Below, piece after piece: positions 1 through 11,635 of a stretch of 64,000 nucleotides of DNA. The position numbers and the translations under genes are program-made. The notes beneath the pieces are model-generated. The model made no database searches. It was given only the letters and a program-made list of their open reading frames with translations, and was not told where the DNA came from. Positions within the stretch are counted from its first letter, which is position 1. Every line of letters starts with the position of its first letter. Source of the stretch: Camelus ferus (Eukaryota); contig NC_045696.1 of NCBI RefSeq assembly GCF_009834535.1, forward strand, positions 64,482,001-64,546,000, written 5' to 3'.

Positions 1-334
1 GTGATCTCTTTAAGGAGAGTTCATAATTATGCCATTATGTGAGGACCTGTCTCCAAGAAACAGCTATCTTGTTTTTCATCCACTTAAGTGCCTTTTCTTG
101 AATCCCCTCTGCACAAGAGAAAGAGACAGATTACTAGGGACAGTGCTGCTATGAATAAAGCTGGCATGGGGAACTGTTGTTCAGTTTGTTTATTTGTTAT
201 AGTTCTTTCCTCACCACAAGAAGACATGATTACTATTTGTGAGTTAAGTTAGTAGTGGGGGTTGGTGTAAGTCTTGTGTAGGTTTTTGTTTCTTCTAACG
301 AGTATTTGAATATTTACAATGTATGTAGAATAGT

Positions 335-720
335 GTTAAGCATTCATTCATTAATTCGTTCAACATATATCAGAGTGCCTATCATGAACTAGTATAATTA
401 CTATGGTGTAATTACTGCATATCCTAAGTGCACAGAGTGGCAAATAAGAGAAGCAAGGTCACTACCTCCATAGGGCTTATGTTCTTTGGGGGATTCAACA
501 AGATTTGAGCTCACGAATAAACAGGGATGTGTGCTTAGAAAAAAACCAAACAGATTATTATGACGGAGGGTAACTGGGTAGAATGAGGTACAGAGTGGTA
601 GAGGCGGCCTCTCTCAAGTAGTGACATTTGAACTGGAAGAGTAAGAAGGACCCAGGCATCTGAAGACTGATGGAAGAGTATTCAGGTAGCTAGAACAACA
701 TGTGCAAAGGCCCTGGGGTG
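335..720 (-). mobile_element. L2 LINE 3' fragment
   Basis: CATTCATTCATTAATTCGTTCAAC tail motif, followed by L2-type text (GTGACATTTGAACTG, ATGTGCAAAGGCCCTGGGG). Boundaries approximate. Confidence 0.7.
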
Positions 721-1129
721 GGTGCATCTGAAAGCAGCTTTCAAGGCTGCTTAAATTATAGCAAGTTTTATTTGGCGTCTACAAGGAGGGATGGTCTATA
801 TTCAGATTCTGCCCAAGGTGGACAGAATGGGCTGCCTGCCTTAGAATGTAGTGATTTTCCCACAGGTAGAGATTTTCCAAGTGGGGTTGCCCTATGCGTA
901 GGCTCCTGTTGATAGAATTCAGGGACTAGGGGAGAGGAGGACAGTGTAGAAATGTTGGGTTACAGGTCCCCAGAAGGCCCTTTGTAGCATGTAATTCTCT
1001 GATTTCACCTCTGATAGCCCTAAGCTAGTAACAGTGGATTCTGTATTAACTGATTTCTGGGTCACACTGCAGTTTTCATGGGATGATGATAGAGCCTTTA
1101 TTTTTTACCTGGACCTCCACAGTCTGCAA

Positions 1130-1315
1130 AATACTTTCATAGGCATAACCTAATTTTGACTTCTCACAGTAACCATATGAGGTAGGTCTTATTATTGCCT
1201 CTTTTTAACATGGGATGAAAGTGATCAAGAGACATTAAGTAGCTCTCTCAAGGTCTCTAAATGGTTGAGGTGGAGTCAAACTGAAGTCCTCTGAAGCTCA
1301 CTCCATATTCTTTGT
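1130..1315 (-). mobile_element. MIR SINE
   Basis: CTCACAGTAACCATATGAGGTAGG...ATTAAGTAGCTCTCTCAAGGTC resembles the reverse MIR core. Confidence 0.6.
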
Positions 1316-1499
1316 GTGATGCTGATTCCAAAAACCTACCCCTCCTACCTCACCTCAGAGTATGGGGGAAGGAGGATTTCTGGTCCAGAGAGAGGCACTG
1401 AGGATCGGTTGGAAGAGCCAAGGCAATAGACTGCAGGTCTGCACATGCTTGTGGTTGGTGTGCAACTTGTAAGCACTTTTCTAGGTGGCTTCAAGATCA

Positions 1500-1850
1500 C
1501 CCTTTTAGCAGCTGCAGCTGTTCCTAATAGCAGCTGCTTGTGCGGATGGTGTTGTGATTAATAAAGAAAACGCAACAGTTTGTTCTCTCAGCTGTGCCCT
1601 TGGATGTGCGCAGCCTGCTTCCGTTCAGACTGTGTTTCTGATCTGGAACGACACAATCCGCTGGCGTATGGTGCCTGAGGGGCTTACAGCCCAGCTGTGA
1701 GAAGGGGTGGTCCCTCTCGATCCGAGCTGGGGAGCCCAGCGCCCACCAGGGACTGGGCAGTAAAGAAAATGAGCACAGTGGGCAGCGCAGTCAATGCCAG
1801 CTGGTTCCTGATGTCAGCGTCAGGGATGCCGGGGAGTTGGCAGGTGAAGG
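1500..1850. promoter_or_regulatory. Candidate enhancer with homotypic CAGCTG E-box cluster
   Basis: CAGCTG at 1509, 1515, 1531, 1589, 1692 and 1798, plus CAGGTG at 1841, in repeat-free sequence that retains CpGs. Confidence 0.45.
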
Positions 1851-1971
1851 AGATCACCTCTTACCAACCTTGTTTCAGGGGGGCCCCTGTTCCTCAGCCC
1901 CGGCCAGTCATCCCTCCACTGCTGTGCTCTCTGCTACTGTGCTTCAGTCTCCTGGGTCTTAACACACTGAG

Positions 1972-2093
1972 ACCACCCCCAGAGTTTCTGATCCAGTAGG
2001 TCTGGGCTCCAGCCCTGAAAATTTGCCTTCCTAGCAAGCTTCCAGGTGACGTAGCTGCTGCTGAGCCAGACTCTGCACTTTCAGAACCACTGC
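1972..2093. mobile_element. MER5A-like hAT-Charlie MITE
   Basis: CCCCCAGAGTTTCTGATCCAGTAGGTCTGGG...AAGCTTCCAGGTGA...CACTTTCAGAACCACTG matches the recalled MER5A consensus. Confidence 0.75.
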
Positions 2094-2479
2094 TGAGAGT
2101 CTAGGGCAGATAGAACTTGAATGTTTTAAGAGACCTGATGAACCTTGATTTTTATGTGAAATCTCCAGATTTTCAAATATTGAGAACAAAATTAAATACT
2201 AAAGGAACAAAATGTGGTTTAAAACTGTAGGTCAAACGGAACACTGTGGCTGTCTGTTTATCTTCTCTGGTTTGGAGTTTGAGACTCAGGGGCTGTAGTT
2301 TATTCATTAGCACATAGCTAGTTTGGGGGCAGAATCATGATTAGAAAACAGGTTTCTCCATCTGCCTGCCGTGTGGGGGTGTGTGTGTGTTTGTGTGTGT
2401 TAGTCCTAGCATACTGTTTCCCAGGTTTTCCCTTTGAATATAAAAACCATCTATGTAACTGAAAATAATAAAAACAACA

Positions 2480-2692
2480 CTAAAATAATGTTTACCATGT
2501 TCCAAGAATAGTCTAAGTGCTTTATACTTTATATATATATTAACAACAGTTAATTCTAACAACAATCCTATGAGGGAGGTTTTATTCTTATTTACCTATG
2601 AGAAATCCAAAGCACAGAGACGTTAAGTAATTTGCTCAAAGTCACAGAGCTAGTGGTAGAGTGGGAATTTGAACCCAGGAAGTCTAGCTTCA
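2480..2692 (-). mobile_element. MIR SINE
   Basis: AACAATCCTATGAGG...GCACAGAGACGTTAAGTAATTTGCTCAAAGTCACAGAGCTAG...GGGAATTTGAACCCAGG. Confidence 0.85.
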
Positions 2693-3669
2693 GGCAGAAA
2701 ACAGCAAATAATTATAAACGTTCTTCTTTTTTATTTTTTAACCTCATTAAGAAAAAATTTTCCTTCCACAAAGTGGAAATCACTGATGGAATACTACAAC
2801 TTTAATGCTGTTAGGAAACTTTGAAATTGGGTGGCCTGAGTTTCTCCCACCTCCATTTCACAGAAGTGGAAACTGAGGCCCTGAAGGGAAAGGAAATTTG
2901 ATCATCCTGAATACTGATTTAACTTTTGAGCAAGGTGGAGGTGAGGATAAATGTCCAGTGAGTGACTGCTTCTTGAGAAAGGTGTTTGCACCTGAGACTG
3001 TCCACTCAGCATCTGCTAACCTCCCTAGGGGTGGGGGGGCTGCCTGGGTTTAAAGTGAAGGGAAGGCACGTTGAGATACTGTGCTTCGAAGTACAGAACG
3101 TTTCCCTGCCGCCGAGCTGCCTTGTAGTTCGCAGTCTTTTTTAATTGCTATTAGATGAAGGATGCTAAATAAATAACCTGGTGGGCACAGTGTATTTCTA
3201 GAGTGTCATGTTTGCTTTCTGTCTTTTGATTGTTCCTTGTCTCTTTTTTTTTTCTTGTGATGTGTGTTCTTTTCTCACATCTCTGCTGTCTACACAGCTT
3301 TGAGTATCACAATGAATATTTTCATCTCTGAACAGTCTGTAGCTACAGCAAGGAAGGGGGCTGGCTGAGTGGACCACAGGACGCTGGGTCCAGCCTGTGG
3401 TTGGGAGGAGTCAAAGCTCCAGGGGCTGGTAAGACTCCTGGGGATCTTCTCTCTCTGCTGCTGGTCTAAGAACTCAGAGCCTTAGGAGGATTTAGAGAGT
3501 TGTAATAGGATTCAAAGAATTATAGAGGACTTAAACCAGCGGGGATCTTCCTGAGATCAGTTCATCCATCCCATCATGTTGCTGGTAGGGAAATTTAACC
3601 CCATGGTGAAGAGTGACTTTTTCAAGGTCAAACTGGTGGTGGTGAGGATACTGATGGTGTTGAGAAACT

Positions 3670-3870
3670 CTTCCCTGCTGTTTATCAGGTGTTGTTCGAA
3701 GTGCTCTGTAATCATTAACTCATTTAATCCTCACAACAATCCTGTGATGGGGGTGCTGCTACTGTCCTGCTTTGCTGATAAGGAAACTACAGCAGTTCAA
3801 CTTGCTCAAGCTGGTGAGAGGCTGGATTCAAACCTAGGCAGTCGGGCTCCTAACCCTTTGCACCTTTCTA
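3670..3870 (-). mobile_element. MIR SINE
   Basis: CTCATTTAATCCTCACAACAATCCTGTGA...GATAAGGAAACT...GGATTCAAACCTAGGCAGTC. Confidence 0.8.
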
Positions 3871-5149
3871 TAACAAGAGCGCCGTTACCATGCTGGGCTC
3901 TGTGCTGGTTGCTGGCATAAAACAAAGAGGTGTTAAACGAGGAGGGAGGATGGAAGTCAGGGAGTAGTGGGCAGAGTGGAGGAGAGGTTGGTTTGATTGT
4001 TCTCCAAGCCGGTTGGTTGCTAATATGATTCTTCTGCCTCCTGGTCCAGTCTTTTTCATTCTATCATTTGGCCTTTCTTGGCAGCCCTCAGAACAAACAT
4101 TCTTTTGATGCTTGTGGTTTATATTTATTGAAAGTCCTTTGTTTGAAATACTATCTTATCCACAGTCTCGTCATTTTGGAAATAATAATGTATGTCTCAG
4201 CTAACTGATTGATTTAAGGCTGCATAAAGGTTAAATGGGCTCTTGATGCTATGTAAATTAGGGCAGTCGTATGAAGGCAGACTCCCCAGTGCTGCCCCGC
4301 TCCCCGTTTCACTCCAGATTTAGAACATTTAATTAGGACATAGTTAATGTAGTCTATCGTTTGGGGAGAATGGGGAGCTGATCTTTTCTCAGTGAAAGGC
4401 AGATGCCAAATGTACTAAGACAGTTATTTGGAAATCAAAATTTATAAATTGAATTGGGTTTTATGTGAACTAAGGGATCTGCCTCTTTAGTGCTGTGTCT
4501 GCTTTTGAAAAGTGAGTAATTATTTAAGTAAATAACCCCGTCCAGCTTCCCTGCTTTCTAAGGGCAAATGTTTGTACCTTGCTTGACTTAAAGCATTGAA
4601 TCACGTTGGCATTGGGCTTCAAAATCCATCGATGGACCAAAATGACTGCTTGAAAATCTAGTGCTTATGATGCAAAGATTGGAACTGGAATCCTCTGAGA
4701 AGCCTCGTCCCCAGCCTCCTTACTCATTGTTTTCCTGTGATGTAATCTCAGGGGGGGATGGAACATCCTGGGTGGATGAGCTCATCTGGACAGAGTAGAA
4801 ATTCATGGGAGAGAACTTTATCATTTCTGGTTCTGGAGAAGGAGAACTGATGGGAAATGATCTTTGAATATCTTTGTGTCATTCAAGAGCAACTACCTCT
4901 GTTCTGTGTCCTGGATCCCATCCTCTCTGCAGGCCCAGCCCCCTCCTTGGGGGTTATCTCTGCCCCCTTCTTCTGCAGTTTCTCCTGCTTTACTGACTCC
5001 TTCCTGAACAATCACACGAGCAGTCTCCATACATTCCTTCTGTAGAGACCCTAGAGAATTTCAGTGCAGTAAGCTGTCTGTGGGGAACAAGCATTCATGT
5101 CGTTGATACAAGTCTTAGAAGGAGATGGACAGTGGACGGGGGGAGTAGA

Positions 5150-6445
5150 TTATGTTTAAGGCCCTGAAGGAAAAACCAGCATGGTGCTGAGATTCGCCTT
5201 TCCTTCTCCAGCCTGACCTTGTCCACCATTCTCTCCTAACTCTCCCCGCTTGGCTTCCGTGGCAGCATACTCTTCCTGGTTTTCTCCTTTTTCTCCATCT
5301 CCATGGAAGGGACAGACCTGTATTTCTCTGTCCAGCCCTTGGTGACGCTTTGGTCTCTTCTCCCCTCACACTTTCTCTCACCGACTTGCAGCGCCATTTT
5401 CCATCCCTGTTGCTGCCTCCGAGCCGGTGCCCCAGCCGGGACTGCTGGTCTCCCCCTTAGACTCTTCCACTTGGATGGCCCAAAGGTGCCACAGATGGAG
5501 TGTCCAAAGTGAATCTGTCTGTGCTTCAGCCCTGCTTCTCCTCAGCCAGCCATGCCACCTTTCACAAAAGTGCCCAGGACAGGAACTTGGGAGTCACCCT
5601 GAGGCCCCCGTCTCGTCCTCCTGCCCCAGAGCTGAAAAGGAACAGAGGCCTGTCCATTCTGCCTCCTCCTCCAGACTCTGTTTTTTTTCCCACCTCCATT
5701 CCCACCGTCACCTCCTCACTTCAGGCCACTGTTACCTGTTTCCTGGGTTACTGCAATCGTCTCCCTGGGTTTTCCACTTCTAATCATGCAGCTCTTAAGT
5801 CCATTCTGCATGCTGAGTCGCCTTTTAAATATGCCTGAACCCTCAGGGGCCTGCCATCGTTCTTCACGGAAAGTTCAAACTCCTTAGCTTATTTCACAGG
5901 GCCTTGGGGGACCTGGCTCCTGCTTATGTCTCTGGCTCCACCTCCGGCCAGGTCCTGATGTCGCGACCTGAAAGGTTCTGAATGTGATGAGAAGGCCTCA
6001 GTGCTCGGTCTCCTATGTTCACGCCTCATCTCAAACCTCAGATGCCTTCCCTCTCTTGGTTTCTACCATACTGGCCTTTCTGTTCTTTGGAAACCCCTCA
6101 TCCCCACCACTGCAGCCCTTTTCTGGAATGCCCCATCCCTCCTCCCACACGCCTGTGCAGCGCCTTCACCTCTACTTCCCCAAATGTTCTCAGCTCACTC
6201 AGATCATCACTTCTTGAGAAGGCCGTTCAGGCTGGCCCGGGACAGGGTGGATTCTCCTCAGTGGGCAGTCTGACTTCCCAGGTGTCTCAGTTGCCCTGAT
6301 CAGTCATGAATCTGCAGTCATTTGTGGTTGGTGTCTGACGTTTCCCATTGTCATGAGAGCCCAGTGATAGATTATCATGGTTCTGTTCTTGTTTGTCTTT
6401 TTCTCCTCGCCGGAAACAGAGTTGTTCAGTAAACACTGCTGATAT
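5150..6445 (+). mobile_element. L2 LINE, long degraded fragment
   Basis: Pyrimidine-rich L2-like text (GACTCTTCCACTTGGATG, AGGAACTTGGGAGTCACCCTGA, CTGGGTTACTGCAATCGTCTCC, AAGTTCAAACTCCTTAGC, CTGGAATGCCC). Boundaries approximate. Confidence 0.65.
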
Positions 6446-7029
6446 GGTTGGCTACTTGGTTTTTTGTTCTTGAACTTGAGCAGGTAGGTGGAACACAGTT
6501 CGCAGTAGGCACTGAGATGGCCCCGTGTGTGCTGAGTTTGAAGTACATACCCTGGTGTGTTGAGGTGAGCTCTCTTCTGAGTCTCGCACTTCTCTGCAGC
6601 ACAGGGCCGTGGAATTATAAAAGTGTGCGCTTCAGAACTTGTCTAGTCCAGTTGCTTCCAACCTTTTCTAAACATGAGGGTCTTTTTTACCAGTTAAAAA
6701 ATTATGAGGGTTCAAATGGTACTGGTTATACTTTTACTATCCATTTATTGGAGAAAGATGAGCAGTTATAGAAAGCTACTGTGACTTTAGCTAACCATGT
6801 ACATTACTTTGAATTTTTTCATAATAACATCTATAGATATTTGAAAAATAGAGAATGCTGATGGGCACACAGATTTATAGCACCAATAACTCCATGCCTC
6901 TGTGGTCCCTTCGTCAGGAACCGGCCACTTGGTCTGACCGTGTATTATCCAGATTCACATCAGACTTAGAACTGGTTTCCTGTGGGCTTGGGTTTCTCCT
7001 GTATATGCATTTGATTTGAGTAGCATGGT

Positions 7030-7225
7030 GTTTTTAAATATTTAGAGCAAACATTTAAAAGTTGGGAGGTTTTGCACAAAACCAGATTTCCAACTTGGAA
7101 AATTAGAAGGACCATACCTTATTTTTTGTGTGGCCATAATCACCTGGTACTGAACAGCAGCTGCCTTCCATAGAAATGCCACCCTTTCTCCAGTTTGTCC
7201 CAGTCTTCAGTCCATCTCTCCTACC
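7030..7225. mobile_element. MER102-like hAT DNA transposon fragment
   Basis: AACATTTAAAAGTTGGGAGGTTTTGCACAAAACCAGATTTCC...CTGAACAGCAGCTGCC. A related inverted piece lies at ~2140-2200. Confidence 0.6.
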
Positions 7226-7289
7226 ACATAGCAAGTTCCTGGTAGGGTGGGAACTAGAAAGCCGGTGACTTCACCCCTAGAGCGAGGCC

Positions 7290-7410
7290 ATCTCCATCGT
7301 GTGAGGAGGCTTGTGAGCACTCAGGGATTTTTATCTGTTTTGTTCACTACTATATTCCCAGTCTCCAGTACAGTGCCTGGCACATAGTAGGTGATTATCT
7401 ACCTACTTAG
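7290..7410 (+). mobile_element. L2 LINE 3' end
   Basis: AGGGATTTTTATCTGTTTTGTTCACT...ACAGTGCCTGGCACATAGTAGG. Confidence 0.8.
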
Positions 7411-7454
7411 TTAGCCATGGTCATACTTTTATCTATATTGGTGTGTAGTGCCTC

Positions 7455-7660
7455 TTAGTGGATGGTACAAAAGAAAGAGCCCTGGGTGCAGAGTCAGGAA
7501 ACCTGAATCCTTGTCTTCTCACCCTTACTGACTGGCTTGGTGACCTTGAACAAGACCCTAACCTCTCTGAACCTCAGTTTTGTCACTTGGCACCAATTTG
7601 TAAATACCTCTTGACCCGTTCAGAGCTGTTGGATCTCCTGAGGGAAAACTGTTCAGTATA
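7455..7660 (+). mobile_element. MIR SINE
   Basis: GAGTCAGGAAACCTGAATCC...GTGACCTTGAACAAG...AACCTCTCTGAACCTCAGTTT. Confidence 0.75.
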
Positions 7661-8219
7661 AAGGAATATGTTTGTTATTAACTCCCCCATCCTCTCTTTC
7701 CTCATGTCTCCTCTCTCTCTCTGTGATGGAGGAATCATTTATTGTTGCACCTTGATGTTCACTTTAGAAATATGGGAAGGGAGCTATTGATTTCTCTCCC
7801 CGACCCTCCCTTACCCACCTCATGTCTGGACGCCTCCTTTAATCCCAGCCCCCCTGCTCCTGCTGGGGGTCCCACAGCCATAAGCAAGCTCCTGCAGCGA
7901 CACCCAAGACATCCCAAAGTTGAGCTCCAAATATCAAAGACTTGGAGCCATGTGATCGCCCTTTGAGATGCTCAGTAACTAGCCGACTGGTGTTGCGCAC
8001 ATCTCTGAAATGCTCACAGGATACCAGGTTGGCATGGAGAATTTCGGGTCCAGCGGCAGTATGTTTGTAGCCAAATTTGTGGATCAAACACATTTCATTG
8101 TTTGAGAGGAACAATACCCATGATTTTGGTCCTCCTGGATCTGGAAGTGAGAGTAAGCATCGATGGAAGAGGAGAAGATAAACAGGAGTTGTCAGTCTCT
8201 GAAATTATAAGAAGCAGAG

Positions 8220-8470
8220 TGGGATGGTGGGAAACAAAAATGTGGCCTTAGGAGTCAGGCAGACCGGAGTCTGTTACTGGATCGCTGTGTGACCTTGAGC
8301 AAACTATCCTTTCTGAACCTTTTCTTCCTTAATGACGCAGGGATAAACGAATGTATTTCATCTCTTAATTTTATACTCTGTTTTAGTTTTTAAAGGTTCT
8401 GAAGAGAATGCCAACTTCATAGGGTTGCTTTACAGATTAGTGCATGTGTGATATGTTAAGCGAGCAATAC
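8220..8470 (+). mobile_element. MIR SINE (interrupted)
   Basis: GGAGTCAGGCAGACC...GCTGTGTGACCTTGAGCAA...CTTCATAGGGTTGC. Confidence 0.6.
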
Positions 8471-11400
8471 AGTACATGAAACTGCCCTTCTCTTCCACAT
8501 TTTGGTTGAAAATCCTTTTTTACTTCCTCTAAATAGGATTAGTGGGTCAGCCTGTGAACAGAGGAGCCTAACATAAAGCTGTCTGAATAAAGATCTAGTT
8601 TGATTCTTTACACACTTTGGTTCAGCATCTTCTTGAGTACTTAGAGTGGAGCTCCTAGTTATTTTTTTTAAGTTTTGTAAATAAAAAGCTAGATTTCCCA
8701 GGAAACTTAAAAAAAAATTTTCCTGCCTTTATTAGTTTCCCAGACACTTAAAAAAATATAGGACTGACCCAGTGGGATGCTCATTTCAGCTACTTCGGAG
8801 AACAAGCCCAAGGGGCCTTCAGGAGGGGAAGAGCCCCCACCCCAGTCCATAGTGATAGGCTACGTGGATTGAAAACCTCTGGCTTGGCTGGATTAACGGA
8901 ATTGAAATAAAGCTGAGGCTTTTAAATCTGATGCTTATACTAATAATTCTCACTTAGAAGAGCGGGAGATCCTTTAGGGGAGAGACGTGACTTAGAGATG
9001 GTTTGGGGTGTATATTCAGGTAGTGGGAGAATGTGGAATTCTCACTGACAAGTCTGCATATGGAGTTTAAGGTGACACGGATCTTTCTGAGAATTTAAGG
9101 TGGTGCTGGAGACTGGGCACCTGCTGGTGACATGAAGACGGTGGGCACTGGACTGGAAGTAAAGGTATTAAGACTTCTGCTCCTACAGGTCCCTTGAGAA
9201 GTGGGGGCTGTGGAGAGATTCCCCAGCAGCTCCCCTCCACTCCCCACCCCTAGTTCTCTTCATTTCCCACTTCCGTAGGGAATCCCTGTGACTGGCTTGC
9301 TGTGTGCAGAGGCTGGGTGAGCTTGGAGCCGCTGATGAGCTGGATGCCAGGAAGAGTCTTGAAGAGGCTGAGAAGGGCTTGGGAATGCAGCTCTGAGACA
9401 TCAGACAAGGAGGAGATTTCTTACCACTCCTTACCTTTCTGATCAGTCTTGCCTTCTTGTGTTGTGATTGGGTGAGAAGAAGCCTTCACAGGGGAGTCTT
9501 CCCCTGGGGGGATAGCTGCCCCAGGAAGTGGGTGCATCTCTAGTCAAATGCTGGTTCCCACTGCTCAGGTGGGAGGTGGATGGAGGGGTGCTGGCGGGGA
9601 GGAGAAGAGGGATTCTTAAAGGACAGAGGGGTGGGACTTCACCTCCCAGTTAAGGAACAGAAGTGGAAGTTCCAATACCTTTCTCAAAAAGAGATGAGAT
9701 TGTACATCACGGACCAGGGGCAACAAGGTTTAGAAAATTCCAGAGCTTGTAAATGTCCTTGGGTTTGGTGCTCCGTTTACCTGTTGCCTCTCTGCTGTGA
9801 TGAGAGGTAGAGATCTCCAAGATGAAAAAGTCCCTGTATTTGTCTTCAGGGGAGCCGGTAGAGAGCTGGTCAACAAGTTGGGGATGCTATGCTCTCCTCC
9901 AAAATCAGCTGGGGACAGAAGAACCCGGGCGTGGGAAACACCTGGACTGGGCTCTGAGAAGTGGTTGATGAAGCCTGCCTCCACAAGGCTAAGAAGCATT
10001 AAGGACGTTCCCAAGTGTTCCGGGAAGTGGAGAATCCTGTAATATCACAGGCATTTGAGACCTCGCTGTGTTCCTTATTGTGCGTCTTCAACTCACTTCC
10101 TCTCTTCAGCCCTCACTTTCCCCAGCTGTCAAATGAGGAAATTGGGCTGCCTTCGGATCTATGATGCTAGGATTCCAAACGTGGAATCAAATCCCTCTTA
10201 ACTGACACTGAAACTTGCATCCAATAGCTCTGCTTTTGAAATCCCTGGGGTAGATGTGGAGGTTTGCTGTGGTGGTTGGTTTGGGGGCAGTTAGTTATTT
10301 TTCTAGGTAATGTCTGGAGAGTGGTTTCTGCTCTCTTTTGAGGAAGTCCTGGTGTCATGTCACAGGACACGTGGGGAAGCCCAGATCCCCTCCTGTGGCT
10401 TTCAGGAGAATGACTCATTAGATTCCAGGGGAGCTTGGCCCCTGTTGGTCTGGTCACCTGGCCCCTGCTGCTGTTAGTGGTACAAAAGCTCAGGGCTGTC
10501 TCATCAGCAGACTGTGACTTCACCGTGGCAGGCCCCAAGAAGGCAGTTTACACGGAAGGTGACAGCCAAATATTTTCGTGCAAATTAAGCAGGACACCAA
10601 ATGGGAAATTCATCTTAATCTTCTTTAAATACTTCCTGCTCATTTGCCAAGGTTCTCAGTAATATAATTTAGAAAGGTTCAGAGGTGTCTAATACAATTT
10701 TCCCTCCTCTGTACATAATTCTATGCTCATTGTAGAGTTCTATTAGAAGCATTAGGGTAATTATAGAGCTACTTTCTGCTTTTCAATTGCTGAAATATTA
10801 GCCCTGAGTCTGCTTGTACTGGCCGTATTAATAAGCAATGACAGAAAATTAAAAAGAATTCAGTAGCCTTTTAAATTAAGATTTTTCTGAGCCTTTCTCC
10901 CTAGCATTTTATGTGCTACTGCAGGCAGGCAGGGTGGTCCATGGGGACATGCTTTGGGTTAGGAGTTCAGAGACCCAATTTCTGAATCTTCATCTGTGAA
11001 GAGGGGACAAAAGTTTCTGAACTCCTGGTCACTGGTGGGTGTGGACCAGCAAGCCCGTTGGGTGTGAAAGTACTTTGGAAGCTAAGGATGGACTGTACAC
11101 GCGATATGCAGTGGGGGTTGCTGATAACACAATTCCTGAAGTCCTGGCAACAAGGAGCCACCACTTTCTTACATGATTCTGGGTGGTCCCATGCGTGTCT
11201 TTTGTGGAAGAGACATTTTATAGTTTAATATTTGGGCTAACGATTGTAGAATTTGTTTGACACATAATCATGTACAAGGTGCTTTTACCCCCAAACCTTG
11301 GAAGGTAAGTGGTTTTGGTTTTTCCCCTCCTCTTAACCCAGTAGTTGGTGGAGATAGGTTAAATAATGTGCCAAGAGTCAGATTAAACCATTCAAAGTAA

Positions 11401-11479
11401 TTTGCTAAAACTTCTGGCTTGTGTTTGCAGCGGTTGGAGCTTCTCTTTTCTCTTTCAGCACCTTTTTTCTTTGGGAAGG

Positions 11480-11635
11480 GCTTCTTATCACCTCTGTAAC
11501 AGTAATCATTGAAGCTTGATCTATGCTAGCACATTTTATAGATGAGGAAGGTGATCTCAGAGAGGCTAAGTCGCTTGCCGAAGGTTACACAGCTCGTGTG
11601 GAAGACCAGTTTGAGTTTTTTCTATACTACTACCA
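11480..11635 (-). mobile_element. MIR SINE
   Basis: CATTTTATAGATGAGGAAG...CAGAGAGGCTAAGTCGCTTGCCGAAGGTTACACAGCT. Confidence 0.75.

Noticed and set aside
8694..8757. Short local direct repeat TTTCCCAG..ACTTAAAAAAA
   Set aside because: Ordinary slippage-type duplication with no sign of function.
11301..11310. Perfect donor AAG|GTAAGT
   Set aside because: Lies in degraded MIR-like text with no good upstream acceptor or reading frame.
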